From the NCBI GenBank assembly GCA_026413885.1, contig JAOAKA010000001.1, forward strand, positions 374,075 to 438,074: 64,000 nucleotides of DNA, read 5' to 3'. This stretch comes from Sulfolobales archaeon. GTDB lineage: Archaea > Thermoproteota > Thermoprotei_A > Sulfolobales > NBVN01. Position 1 is the stretch's first letter, and each line of letters opens with the position of its first letter. Positions 29,935-39,991 of the stretch are shown piece by piece. Made by a program: the position numbers and the translations under genes. The notes under the pieces were generated by a model. The model ran no database searches. It was given only the letters and a program-made list of their open reading frames with translations, and was not told the origin of the DNA.

Positions 29935-29976
29935 AGCTATGATACAGTTATTATTGTAGCGGTTGAAGGTGGTTAA

Positions 29977-29988
29977 ATATAAGCTTTT
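29977..29988 (+). promoter_or_regulatory. BRE/TATA element for tfb (TATAAGCTTTTC)
   Basis: It lies just upstream of the tfb start codons, which implies a leaderless or very short-leader mRNA. Confidence 0.55.
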
Positions 29989-29999
29989 CGGTGGATCCT

Positions 30000-30929
30000 A
30001 TGGATTCTGAAGATGAAACTCAAAAAGTGCCAGAGGAGAAGTGCCCTCCAGATAAGATAGTATTTGATGAGTCTCGAGGTCAGTATGTTTGCTCTGAGAC
30101 TGGTGAAGTTATAGAGGAGAGGGTTATCGATCAGGGACCTGAGTGGAGAGCTTTTACTTCTGATGAAGAGAGCAAGAGAGCAAGAGCTGGTTCACCACTA
30201 TCGCCTATGATACACGATGGTGGTTTAACGTCTGTAATCGACTGGAGAGATAAAGATGCCACGGGGAAGAAGCTTGAAATGAAGAAGAGATTGGACGCTA
30301 TGAGATGGCGGAAGTGGCAGCTTAGAACTAGAATTCAGAGCTCCATAGACAGAAATATAACTCAGGCAGCTGTAGAACTAGAGAGAATAGCTGATCAACT
30401 AGGACTGCCTAAATCCATTAAGGAAGAAGCTGTTTCTATATATAGAAAGGCAATAGAGAGAGGAATAGTTAGAGGCAGGTCTGTGGAGGCTGTAGCAGCT
30501 GCAGCACTCTACATAGCCTGCAGAATACATAAGATACCGAGGCAGCTCGACGAAATCTCAGGTGTAACTAAAGCCGATAAGCGTGAGATCTCTAGGTGCT
30601 ATAGAATGCTGGTAAAAGAGTTAGAGATCAAAGTACCACCAACAGATTCAGCAGACTACGTGCCTAGAATAGTCTCAGCTCTCGGACTTAGTGGTAGAGT
30701 AGCTAAGAAAGCTATAGAGCTACTGGAAGAAGCTAAGAAATCAGGTATAACAGCAGGCAAAGACCCAACTGGAGTAGCTGCAGCTGCTGTCTACGCTGCA
30801 GCTCAAATGGTCGGAATAAAGAAAACTCAGAAAGATATCGCAGCAGTTGTAGGAGTAACAGAAGTAACAGTTAGAAACAGATATAGAGAACTTGTTCGAA
30901 GCTTGAAGCTCCAACTACCGGAGGAATAG
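30000..30929 (+). CDS. tfb: transcription initiation factor B (TFB)
   Basis: B-reader [10 protein letters not shown], two cyclin repeats and a C-terminal [17 protein letters not shown]. The ORF opens at GTG 29991, and ATG 30000 is the preferred start. The Zn ribbon retains only 2 Cys. Confidence 0.93.
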   Translation: MDSEDETQKVPEEKCPPDKIVFDESRGQYVCSETGEVIEERVIDQGPEWRAFTSDEESKRARAGSPLSPMIHDGGLTSVIDWRDKDATGKKLEMKKRLDAMRWRKWQLRTRIQSSIDRNITQAAVELERIADQLGLPKSIKEEAVSIYRKAIERGIVRGRSVEAVAAAALYIACRIHKIPRQLDEISGVTKADKREISRCYRMLVKELEIKVPPTDSADYVPRIVSALGLSGRVAKKAIELLEEAKKSGITAGKDPTGVAAAAVYAAAQMVGIKKTQKDIAAVVGVTEVTVRNRYRELVRSLKLQLPEE

Positions 30930-30981
30930 AGATAAGGCGTAAAATAGGTCTTATTTTTACCTTCAGCTACTTCTATTCTAG

Positions 30982-31314
30982 CTACTCAGACTCTATAGTT
31001 ATAATATTTTCTGGTGGTATACCGAGTTCTTCAATAAGTACTTGCTTAACTCTAATTTTCTGATTTCCCTGCAGCTCTATGTGGTTATTCTTAACAGTGC
31101 CGCCTACTGCTAGTTTAGATTTAAGTCTTGAAGCAACCTCTTTTAGATTATAGACACTACTATCTAGACCCTCTATTACGGTGACTTCCTTACCGAATTT
31201 TCTCTTCTCTACTTTAATCTTAACAATTTGTTGTTCAGAACTTATCTGAACACATAATTCTTCAGGAAGTCCTCCACATATTGATTCTAAACTTAACTTT
31301 CCCTTACCCTCCAT
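30982..31314 (-). CDS. sui1: translation initiation factor aSUI1 (eIF1 homologue)
   Basis: 110 aa containing KIKVEKRKFGKEVTVIEGL and ..LKSKLAVGGTVKNN.IELQG, typical of the SUI1 family. Confidence 0.9.
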   Translation of the reverse strand: MEGKGKLSLESICGGLPEELCVQISSEQQIVKIKVEKRKFGKEVTVIEGLDSSVYNLKEVASRLKSKLAVGGTVKNNHIELQGNQKIRVKQVLIEELGIPPENIITIESE

Positions 31315-31371
31315 TCCGCACCCTACTTCACATAAAGATCGTGGTTGTGCTTATAAAGCTTTAGTGAAGAT

Positions 31372-33222
31372 CTAGCTTAAGTGTATCCCTAGTTTTTCGA
31401 GTTTCAAAGCTGCGTAGCTCAAACCTAGTTTCTCTAGTGTAGACTTCGTTGGAACACCGTTCTCATCCCACCCTCTGATACTGTAGTAGTGCTTCAACAT
31501 CTTAATATAGCCTTCGGTATCTAGCTTTGAGCCCTTCAGTGGGCCTTTAGTTAGCGGCTGAGTGAACCACTTAACTGGAGGCATATCCATTTCGTAGCTC
31601 CACTTACGGCCTACCGCTATGTATTCTCTTACCCAGAACGACCTCACGAGAGAGTATATCCTATTTGCGACTTCGTGTATCGTATCCCAAGTGTAGGTGA
31701 CACCAGTAGCAGCTGTCAGTAGCTTGGGGTAGTAGTCTAAGTCTAAGCTCACTTCTACCCACGGAAGTCTGCAAGTCACTAGTGACTCAAACATGCCTCC
31801 CCTGATGTTCTGCATCCAAACTAATCTCTCAACCTTCTCTATGGTATAGTTGAATCGCCCCATCTTAACCTCAGCAGCAATAAACCACGCATCTTTGTGG
31901 TGAGCTCCTATAGGTGATGTAGCGTAAGCTAGAGCCATCCCAGGTGCTGCGTGACAGTCGTATGCGGATACCTCGAGACCTTTAGCATGTATAGCATACT
32001 TCCACGCATCACCCCCGATTCTACTAGCTACTTCAGCAACACCTTCAGCTAGAAGGTCTCCTAAACCTTCTCTATACGCTATCTGCCTAGTTAGCTCTTT
32101 AATCTTAGAGTAGTCTCCCCACTCAACTCTATCCTTCAATAATCCCTTCTCACTTAACTCCATAGCGAACCCGAGGATGTTCCCTAAGCTAATAGTGTCT
32201 ATACCGTATAGGTCTGCTAGAAGATTTATGTGAGCAACTTTATTTAGCGGTGCGAGACCTATGTTGGAACCCAGCATAGCTACGTTTTCGTAATCTAGCT
32301 CTGCTTCTCCAAGCTCTGTCGATGTTACATACTTAACTACGTTACCACAAGGCATGTTACAGTTAGGACATGCTTTAACCCTAGTCTTCATAGACTCCAT
32401 AACGTAACCATCGATACTCTCCCAGTAGTCGAAAACACCCTCACTGAAGTTGTATGTTGGTAGAACAGAGTTCTTCTGAGACCACTCTATTGTAGCCATA
32501 GTTCCCTGTCTGACCCAGAACTCGTAGAGTGGAGACTCCTTAACCTTTCTATAGGCCTCTGAGCCGAGTCTAGCTAACTCACTGCGGTCTGCTGCTTCAG
32601 GTCTAGAGCAGCCTCTAACAGCTATAGCCTTTAAGTTCTTAGAACCCATAACAGCGCCCATACCGGGTCTTCCAGCAGACCTACCGAATTCACTTATTAC
32701 CGTAGCGATCTTCACTAATTTTTCCCCAGCCGGACCTATGGTGAGAGTTGAAACATTCTCACCTAACTCCTTCTTCAATCTCCTCTCAGTTTCTAGAGTT
32801 GTGAGACCCCAGTAGTCTCTTCCACTTCTAAATTCCACACCCTCACAGCTCAGGTAGAGAACTGTCGGCTCGGGAGACCTCCCCTTGATGGCTACCGCGT
32901 CAACACCTAGATTTCTAAGTTCAACAGCAACTCGAGTCCCGATATTACCGTCACCATAGCCTCCAGTAAGTGGAGACTTAGATGCTACAACCATCTTACC
33001 CGAAGAAGGTAGTGGGAAACCTGTTAGAGGACCTACTGCGAGAACTAGGTAGTTCTCCGGTGAGAGTGGGTCTACTCCAACAGGGTTTAAATCCCATAGC
33101 AGCTTGATCGCCAGACCTCTACCACCGATGAAGTTGTGTAAAACTTCAGTAGGGAGCTCTACATATTGAAACTTCTTGTTGGATAAATCTATGTGCAGAT
33201 ATCTCCCAGACCAACCCTTCAA
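31372..33222 (-). CDS. aor: tungsten-containing aldehyde:ferredoxin oxidoreductase family protein
   Basis: 616 aa with an N-terminus (GRYLHIDLS...GGRGLAIKLLW) and overall layout typical of the AOR family. The subfamily was not resolved. Confidence 0.9.
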   Translation of the reverse strand: MKGWSGRYLHIDLSNKKFQYVELPTEVLHNFIGGRGLAIKLLWDLNPVGVDPLSPENYLVLAVGPLTGFPLPSSGKMVVASKSPLTGGYGDGNIGTRVAVELRNLGVDAVAIKGRSPEPTVLYLSCEGVEFRSGRDYWGLTTLETERRLKKELGENVSTLTIGPAGEKLVKIATVISEFGRSAGRPGMGAVMGSKNLKAIAVRGCSRPEAADRSELARLGSEAYRKVKESPLYEFWVRQGTMATIEWSQKNSVLPTYNFSEGVFDYWESIDGYVMESMKTRVKACPNCNMPCGNVVKYVTSTELGEAELDYENVAMLGSNIGLAPLNKVAHINLLADLYGIDTISLGNILGFAMELSEKGLLKDRVEWGDYSKIKELTRQIAYREGLGDLLAEGVAEVASRIGGDAWKYAIHAKGLEVSAYDCHAAPGMALAYATSPIGAHHKDAWFIAAEVKMGRFNYTIEKVERLVWMQNIRGGMFESLVTCRLPWVEVSLDLDYYPKLLTAATGVTYTWDTIHEVANRIYSLVRSFWVREYIAVGRKWSYEMDMPPVKWFTQPLTKGPLKGSKLDTEGYIKMLKHYYSIRGWDENGVPTKSTLEKLGLSYAALKLEKLGIHLS

Positions 33223-33317
33223 GATATCACCAATAAGACTATCGCAACAGAATAAATATCCTAACTGGATGTCTGCGCCTGTGATGTCTATGGTAGATCG
33301 ACTTGATTAAACTGCTA

Positions 33318-33773
33318 TTACCTCCTTCTATGGGTTCTATCTATTTCCTCAAGCTTCTCTATGTTCTGTAACTCAGAAGAATTCGGATTCTCAACAGAGG
33401 TCCAAGCTTCAAGTATTTCGCGAGTAACTACTTCCGTAGTTAGCCTACCACTCATTGCTAGTACGTTAGCGTTATTCCACAATCTAGCTCCGCGAGCTGT
33501 CTGAGCATCAGGACACAGAGCTGCTCTAACCCCGTAGACTTTATTAGCGACTATAGAGACACCAGTGCCAGTATAGCACACTACTATACCCCAATCAGCC
33601 TCACCTCTAGCTACCGCTAGTGCGACAGCATGTGCTACATCAGGCCACGGCTCTGGTCTACCAGTCTTTAACGACCCAACTACTTCAACTTCGTAACCTC
33701 TCTCCTTGAGGTATTCAACGGCAAATCTCGCACATGGATATAGGTCGTCCGAGCCGACTATTACTTTCTTCAT
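33318..33773 (-). CDS. rpiB: ribose-5-phosphate isomerase B (RpiB/LacAB family)
   Basis: CYTGTGVSIVANKVYGVRAAL and WNNANVLAMSGR motifs. Confidence 0.85.
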   Translation of the reverse strand: MKKVIVGSDDLYPCARFAVEYLKERGYEVEVVGSLKTGRPEPWPDVAHAVALAVARGEADWGIVVCYTGTGVSIVANKVYGVRAALCPDAQTARGARLWNNANVLAMSGRLTTEVVTREILEAWTSVENPNSSELQNIEKLEEIDRTHRRR

Positions 33774-33849
33774 ATCGGTCTACCACTGTAAAGTGCTTTA
33801 GAAACAAAAATACCGTAAGAAGCAGTTAATATCACACTAGATAGTTAGT

Positions 33850-34677
33850 CTAAGGTGGACATAATTCTATTGAGTCTCCTCTTCTAAGTTGGAGTAGCTT
33901 CTCAGCAGACCCTAAGTTAACTGCTAACTCAGCTAATCCAAAGCTATTTTCATAGAGAACTAGCTGGCCTCGTGGAGCAATTGAGAAAACTCTCTCAACT
34001 ACTGCTAGATACCTTCGTGAATCCGAAACTACTTCAACTCTACCACTAAACTCTAACTTCAGTAAGTTCTCGATATTCTTAAACCACTCAGAAAGCATCA
34101 GGTTACCGAATTTATCTATGTAGACTACTCGTAGTTTGATACATCCACCAACTCTTTCAGACTGTAGAGAGAGTCCGTGTCTAACCAGGCTCTCCCTACT
34201 CACCGGAGACCCTACGTCTTCAATAGGTGTACCGCAAGCAATTCTAGCAGCTACTGGAGTAAATATGTCTCTGCCATGAAAAGACGGGGACACTGGTTTT
34301 CTAAAGAATTCTTCTCTATCTAAAACTACGGTAAGTTCTAAACCGTCGTCTTCTGCGGCGGGAAGTAGTAGACCGTTATCTGGTCCAATAAAGTAGTAGT
34401 TTCTACTCGCAATAGCTAGAGGTCTTCTCGAGCTACCTACACCTGGATCTACAACAGCAACGAAGACGGTTCCAGGTGGGAAGTATCTATATGTCAGCAG
34501 TAGCACTAGAGACCCGTAGTCTATATCAAAAGATGGAATACTGTGAGAGATATCAACTAGGTTAGCTGTAGGGCATAGATCGAGAGCTACTCCCTTCATA
34601 CACGCTACGTAGGGGTCGGAGCTACTGAAGTCTGTGAGAAACGATATGATACCACTCACTCTTCTCATAGTGTTCAA
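33850..34677 (-). CDS. SAM hydroxide adenosyltransferase (DUF62 / SAM hydrolase family)
   Basis: FLTDFSSSDPYVACMKGV, VVDPGVGS and GPDNGLL motifs. Confidence 0.85.
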   Translation of the reverse strand: MNTMRRVSGIISFLTDFSSSDPYVACMKGVALDLCPTANLVDISHSIPSFDIDYGSLVLLLTYRYFPPGTVFVAVVDPGVGSSRRPLAIASRNYYFIGPDNGLLLPAAEDDGLELTVVLDREEFFRKPVSPSFHGRDIFTPVAARIACGTPIEDVGSPVSRESLVRHGLSLQSERVGGCIKLRVVYIDKFGNLMLSEWFKNIENLLKLEFSGRVEVVSDSRRYLAVVERVFSIAPRGQLVLYENSFGLAELAVNLGSAEKLLQLRRGDSIELCPP

Positions 34678-34851
34678 TACTGCTTACTGAAAGCAGCTAA
34701 TTAATTCTCTCATGAAGCACGCAGCCACTATTCAGCAGCTGGGCTTCTCCTCAAGATACATAGCTAAATGCGGTATGAGAGACTGTAAATACCGGGAGGC
34801 GGAGAATCTTACACTAAACATCTTCAATTCACCATCAATAGTGTTCTACAT

Positions 34852-35778
34852 CTACGCTTGTTCCTCTCTAAAGAATGTCTTCCCCAGAGACTTAGGGTCT
34901 AGAAGAGCCACACTCCTTCTATGAGTAATAGATACAAACACCATAGCAACTATCGATACAACGTAGGGAGTCGCTATAGATATTTCGATCGGTAGACCAA
35001 CGCTCTGGAGATATGGAAGTAGAACGTAAGCTAACGAGAAAAACACTGAAACAAGAGCTATTACTGGAGGATATCTCCACCCAGCAATTGATACAGCGTA
35101 CGCCAGCCAGCCGTGGCTTAACCCCTGTCCTTGCGACCAACCGCCAACTCTCCATAGAGTAAATAGAGCACCTCCAATACCTATTAACACACCACCTAAG
35201 AGACCGGAGAGAAATCTAACGTAAGCTACGTTGATACCGATCTGACTAACGAGTCTCGGATCTTCACCGACAGCTCTTATTAAAACCCCGAGCTTGAGCT
35301 TGTAGAGAACTAAGTATACCAATACAGCTGCTAGAACCATTAGTAGGTACGTAAAGACAACACTATTCTGAGTAACGCTAATGTACTCGATTCTCACTCT
35401 AAATAAGCTAAATAAAACTCTCCCAAGATTTCCTACGACCGCCCCCAGACCATAACCTATAAACATAAACGATAGACCTACAGCACCCTGACTAACTGGT
35501 AGAACAGTATTCAGTGCTGTATATATAGAGTAGAGAAGTGCTGTAGTCACAGCTGTAAGTAATAGCGAAAGAGCTGTAGCTAGAACACCTGGTTGAAGAA
35601 GTATTGAGAGATATATAGCGTATGCATAAGCTAGAGAAGAACTCAAAACAAATAAACCGTCGATAGCTAGATTAAGAATGCCGGACCTCTCTATAACTGT
35701 ACTCCCGATAGCAGTAAGAGTATAGACAACATATGCAGACGCTAGTGTCGGAATAAGCCAGTCTAGAAGTTCTATCAC
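34852..35778 (-). CDS. ABC transporter permease (BMP/nucleoside-type)
   Basis: 308-aa multi-TM protein, the last gene of the BMP transporter operon. It has a 4-nt overlap with the upstream permease gene. Confidence 0.8.
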   Translation of the reverse strand: MIELLDWLIPTLASAYVVYTLTAIGSTVIERSGILNLAIDGLFVLSSSLAYAYAIYLSILLQPGVLATALSLLLTAVTTALLYSIYTALNTVLPVSQGAVGLSFMFIGYGLGAVVGNLGRVLFSLFRVRIEYISVTQNSVVFTYLLMVLAAVLVYLVLYKLKLGVLIRAVGEDPRLVSQIGINVAYVRFLSGLLGGVLIGIGGALFTLWRVGGWSQGQGLSHGWLAYAVSIAGWRYPPVIALVSVFFSLAYVLLPYLQSVGLPIEISIATPYVVSIVAMVFVSITHRRSVALLDPKSLGKTFFREEQA

Positions 35779-36905
35779 TCTCTTACCACCAATTTCACAG
35801 AGTATTCTTTAGTAATTCTAGCTAGAGAATAGACTACGAGAGTAGTTCCAATAAAGATCTGGGAGAAAGCAAACGCCGATACCCCGGGGGGTAGTAGCTC
35901 CTTGAGAAACATCTGCATTCGATAACCAAAGCTGCTTAAAGCTGACACTATGATTGCGGAAGGAATTACAAATCTCAGGTCTTTAAACGAGAGCCAGGCA
36001 ACTAGAATAGCTGTATATCCATAGAAGCCAGTCTTACCGTCACCTATGTTATAGAGCAAGCGGTAGTCATACCCTAAGAGTCTCAGAGCTCCAGCTAGAC
36101 CGGCGATAAAGCCGCTTATGGCTGACACCAATATAATGGTCTTCTTCTCATTTCGCCCAGAAGACTTTAGTGCTACGGGATTTGATCCTAGAACCTTTAT
36201 TTCAAGACCTAGCCGGGTATATTCTATCAGTAGGTAAGCAATAGCAAAAACAGCTATAGTCGCTATCACTACCTCGTACCTCAAGACCTCGAGACCTGAA
36301 ATAACTGTTAGTCTCGAGGATTCAGGTATCATATCAGTTCTTATATAGCCGTAAGTATACCTGCCTTTCCACGGACCTGCAGTTAGATAGTCAGATATAC
36401 TGTAGGCTATATAGTTCATTAAGAGCATTACCGGTACTTCACTGACTCTAGTATATGCTTTGAGAGCTCCTGGGATTAGAGACCATAGCAAGCCGAGTAA
36501 ACCCCCTGAAATTACTGCTAGAAGCTTAGCTACTCCATTAGCGGCTGAGTCTCCATTTAGAAATACTTCACTTACTGGGGAAAACATTACGAGGTATATA
36601 GCTCCAAGCATGCCGAATACATACTGTCCTTCAGCACCTACATTCCAGAAAGATCCGTAGAAAGCTATTGAGATCGCTGTGCCTAGGATAGTTAGAAATA
36701 GAAGTGGCTCTAGCAAGCCTGTGTACGATATTAGCGTCTGGTAGAAGGTACTGAAGAAGCTGATGGGATCTAGCTTTGAGAAAGTCCAGATTAGGGTATA
36801 GGAGGCTACTAGACCTAGTAGTAGTGAGAGTAGCAGTATTACTGGTGTCGACGTAGCTATACTCTTCCTAGAGCGCTTGGTAACTACTATTGAAACTTTT
36901 ACCAA
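35775..36905 (-). CDS. ABC transporter permease (BMP/nucleoside-type)
   Basis: 376-aa multi-TM protein, directly abutting the ATPase gene. Confidence 0.8.
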   Translation of the reverse strand: MVKVSIVVTKRSRKSIATSTPVILLLSLLLGLVASYTLIWTFSKLDPISFFSTFYQTLISYTGLLEPLLFLTILGTAISIAFYGSFWNVGAEGQYVFGMLGAIYLVMFSPVSEVFLNGDSAANGVAKLLAVISGGLLGLLWSLIPGALKAYTRVSEVPVMLLMNYIAYSISDYLTAGPWKGRYTYGYIRTDMIPESSRLTVISGLEVLRYEVVIATIAVFAIAYLLIEYTRLGLEIKVLGSNPVALKSSGRNEKKTIILVSAISGFIAGLAGALRLLGYDYRLLYNIGDGKTGFYGYTAILVAWLSFKDLRFVIPSAIIVSALSSFGYRMQMFLKELLPPGVSAFAFSQIFIGTTLVVYSLARITKEYSVKLVVRE

Positions 36906-38423
36906 CTACATCACCATGAGCTTCTCTAGAACTTCTCGCTCTACAGACTCTCTACTAAATACACCTACTATTCTACCTCCATTTATAACAGCGACGGTGT
37001 CACTTACTTGAAGTACTTCATCTAGGCTCTCGCTGATGTATATTACTGACATATCGGTTGAACGTGATATATTCTTAATAGTGTTGATGAAGCTCCATTT
37101 AAATTTTTCATCTAGAGACCTAGATGGATTGAGTACAATTAGTGCTTTCTTAGCGAACTCAAGCTCTCTAGCTATTGTAAATCTCATTATGTTTCCACCG
37201 GAGAGAACTTTCACTGGAGTCTTAGGTGATGTAGAAATAATTCCATACTTCTCCATAAGCTCTCTGGTTTTTGCTGTAAGTAGCTTCAATGGGAGAAATA
37301 GCTTACCGTAAGTAGCTAGAGCTAGATTCTCTACTAAGCTAAGATCTCCCGAGAGATTGTGGTAGAGAGGTGTTTCTGAAATAAATCCTATACCAGCAGC
37401 TCTAATTGCTTCAGGACCTCTATTAGTTACATCAAGTCCATCAACGTAGTACCTACCGCTTCTAATAGATCTAAGACCTACGAGAACTTCAGCTAGCTCT
37501 CTTTGACCACTACCTGAAATACCTACAACACCTAAGATCTCGCCGGGTTTAACACTGAGTTCAATGTCTTTAAGAGCGTAACCTCTACTTTCGCTAATAA
37601 CCCAAACCCTATCTAACTTAACTACAGCTCTTCTATTTTCAGTAGTTAAATCCTTTAGTAATACATTCTTAGGTGGCTCAGAGATATAGCCGTTCTCTCC
37701 AAACATGAGTTTTCTCACGTAGTCCACGTCGAACTCTGCTTTTTCAATAGTTTTAACTATTCTCCCAGAGCGCATAACCGTAATTCTATCTGCTACATCA
37801 ACTGCTTCAGAGACCTTATGCGTTATTAGTAGAACAATCTTATTCTCACTCTTCAGTTTTCTCAAGTAGCTATAGAATTTCTCTCTAACCGACGTAGGTA
37901 GGTATGTAGTTACTTCATCTACTAGGAGCACTCTAGCTCTCAGAAGAGATGCCTTCACTAATTCCACTATCTGTCTCTGTGTGTAGCTTAACTCACTTAC
38001 TTCAGCTTCAGGGTCTATTAATGAGCCAATTTTCTGAGACTCTTCTACTATTAAACTTCTTACTTCACTAACTCTCGCAAAGGCGCTATAAGACTTTAAA
38101 GCTATAAGAATATTCTCGACAACCGTAAGTCTCTCAACTAAGTTAGGGTTTTGAGGTATGTAGTATATGCCGTAGTTAACAGCATCTACCGGACTCAGTA
38201 GTTTCATGGGTTTCCCTAAAATCTCGATATAACCTCTATCTGGTACGTAGATGCCAGCGATAACTTTAGCTAGAGTAGACTTCCCAGACCCGTTCTCTCC
38301 TAAGATAGAGTGTATTTCACTTAAATAGAGCTCTAGAGTGACGCTGTCTAGAGCTAAAACACCTGGAAATCTCTTAGTTACATCCACTACACGAAGGAAG
38401 GACTGCCTAGAGGGAAAAAACAT
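36906..38423 (-). CDS. ABC transporter ATP-binding protein with duplicated ATPase domains
   Basis: 505 aa. The first Walker A is GENGSGKST; the second domain (GISGSGQRE) has a degenerate signature. This is typical of sugar/nucleoside importer ATPases. Confidence 0.9.
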   Translation of the reverse strand: MFFPSRQSFLRVVDVTKRFPGVLALDSVTLELYLSEIHSILGENGSGKSTLAKVIAGIYVPDRGYIEILGKPMKLLSPVDAVNYGIYYIPQNPNLVERLTVVENILIALKSYSAFARVSEVRSLIVEESQKIGSLIDPEAEVSELSYTQRQIVELVKASLLRARVLLVDEVTTYLPTSVREKFYSYLRKLKSENKIVLLITHKVSEAVDVADRITVMRSGRIVKTIEKAEFDVDYVRKLMFGENGYISEPPKNVLLKDLTTENRRAVVKLDRVWVISESRGYALKDIELSVKPGEILGVVGISGSGQRELAEVLVGLRSIRSGRYYVDGLDVTNRGPEAIRAAGIGFISETPLYHNLSGDLSLVENLALATYGKLFLPLKLLTAKTRELMEKYGIISTSPKTPVKVLSGGNIMRFTIARELEFAKKALIVLNPSRSLDEKFKWSFINTIKNISRSTDMSVIYISESLDEVLQVSDTVAVINGGRIVGVFSRESVEREVLEKLMVM

Positions 38424-38433
38424 GCTAACCTCC

Positions 38434-39888
38434 TTATCTAGCTCCCAGATATTTAACCCAAGATACGAACCAGTCCATATTCCAGAGGTCTGCGTGACCT
38501 AATCTTATGCCTGCAGATATGCTTACTCTATCTGATTTCCTACAGTACTCTGTGAAAGCTCTATCTCCTGTATATCTACACCAACCCTCTAGAGGACCTA
38601 CAAATGGGTCGAAGATTGTGGATGTAAGGTACTTCTTTTCCTTACCCCCGATATCTACATACGTAATGCTTTCTAGTTCGTGAGTTATAGCTGAAAACTG
38701 TAGTGACTGTAGAAGAGGCGCGTTTCTCATTTGTTCATACCTCCTCATAACGAGGTCATATAGAGATATCCTCTCACCTGTTAGCTTATCTCTAACTGTG
38801 ATCCGCTTTAACTCCGGTATATATTTCGGATTTACTGTCATTACGGTACCGTTCTCGAAGACATGTGCTCCTAGCTCTACAGCACCAGTATTGAGGAGAT
38901 ACCAGTAGTCTACATGCTTAAGATTTACTGTGTTTAACACTCCGCTTCTAATCTTGACTAGTATGTCAGCATATATCACCTCCCACCTAACTAGCTGTCC
39001 GGATACGACGACGTCGGGTCCGTACTCATACATAGGTGCGTAATGACCGAAGACATAGACTACTTTTCCTTTTCCATAGAGTTCTTGAGCAAATTCAACT
39101 ATAGCTGAGCTATCTTCAGTAAACGCAATTACGTCAACACCTAATACTTCAACTAGATATCTAGCTGCATCTACAGCCTTATCTGGTGCGAACCACGCAC
39201 CTAACTCAACTACGTAGACCTCTATACTCTTACCTAGCTGTTCTCCTACTTCTCTAGCACCTATAGCGAAAGCATTAATGTGTCTTATCACCTCGGGTAT
39301 TGTGAAAGCAGCAACATACCCTATCTTTCCCGTCTTAGTTAGAGCACCAGCTATTAGTCCATTTAGATAGTAAATCTGGTAGAGATCGGCGAAATATGTC
39401 CCCATATTATCTCGTCTCTTATAGCCACTGCAATGGAAGAACAATACATTAGAATACTTCATAGATGCTTCATAGGTCTTATCCATGAAGTCGAATGAAG
39501 TTGTGAAAATCGTTGTATATCCAGCTCTAACTAGCTCATCAATTCTCGATAGTAACTCAGCTTCAGAAACTGACTCATAGTAAGTAGTTTCAAGCCACTG
39601 TTTGAAGAGTTTTTCAACAACTCTTCTACCTAAATCATGCATGTAGGACCACCCTAGGTCACCAATAGGACCAACGTATATCCACGCAGCTCGGACTTTC
39701 TCCGGAACTGAAACCGGTAGAGGCACTGTAATAGTTGAAGGAGTAATAGTCTTAACTACTGTAACTGTTGTAGGTGGAGCCGGCCTGGCGACCTGCATAG
39801 AACCAACAAAGAATCCTATCAATCCAGCAACTACAGCAACTATGACTACCAGAGCTGCTAGAGTTTGAACTACTCTAGATCTCTCCAC
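38434..39888 (-). CDS. BMP-family (basic membrane protein / PnrA-like) substrate-binding protein
   Basis: 484 aa with an N-terminal TM anchor, a Thr/Pro/Val-rich linker and a BMP-like body (GDLGWSY...GYVAAF). Confidence 0.8.
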   Translation of the reverse strand: MERSRVVQTLAALVVIVAVVAGLIGFFVGSMQVARPAPPTTVTVVKTITPSTITVPLPVSVPEKVRAAWIYVGPIGDLGWSYMHDLGRRVVEKLFKQWLETTYYESVSEAELLSRIDELVRAGYTTIFTTSFDFMDKTYEASMKYSNVLFFHCSGYKRRDNMGTYFADLYQIYYLNGLIAGALTKTGKIGYVAAFTIPEVIRHINAFAIGAREVGEQLGKSIEVYVVELGAWFAPDKAVDAARYLVEVLGVDVIAFTEDSSAIVEFAQELYGKGKVVYVFGHYAPMYEYGPDVVVSGQLVRWEVIYADILVKIRSGVLNTVNLKHVDYWYLLNTGAVELGAHVFENGTVMTVNPKYIPELKRITVRDKLTGERISLYDLVMRRYEQMRNAPLLQSLQFSAITHELESITYVDIGGKEKKYLTSTIFDPFVGPLEGWCRYTGDRAFTEYCRKSDRVSISAGIRLGHADLWNMDWFVSWVKYLGAR

Positions 39889-39991
39889 GTGTCACACCAA
39901 GATGTAGTTTACACAGAGCTTATAAAAATTTGCTGGATCTCTGGGAGGCTTTAGAGAGAAATTCGATTGTTTTTAATTCAGTTAAGTTAAA

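Noticed and set aside
34712-35155. ORFs 34712..34924 (+) and 34919..35155 (-).
   Set aside because: The first spans an intergenic region and runs into the antisense strand of the permease gene. The second is an alternative frame within the permease gene. Neither has support.
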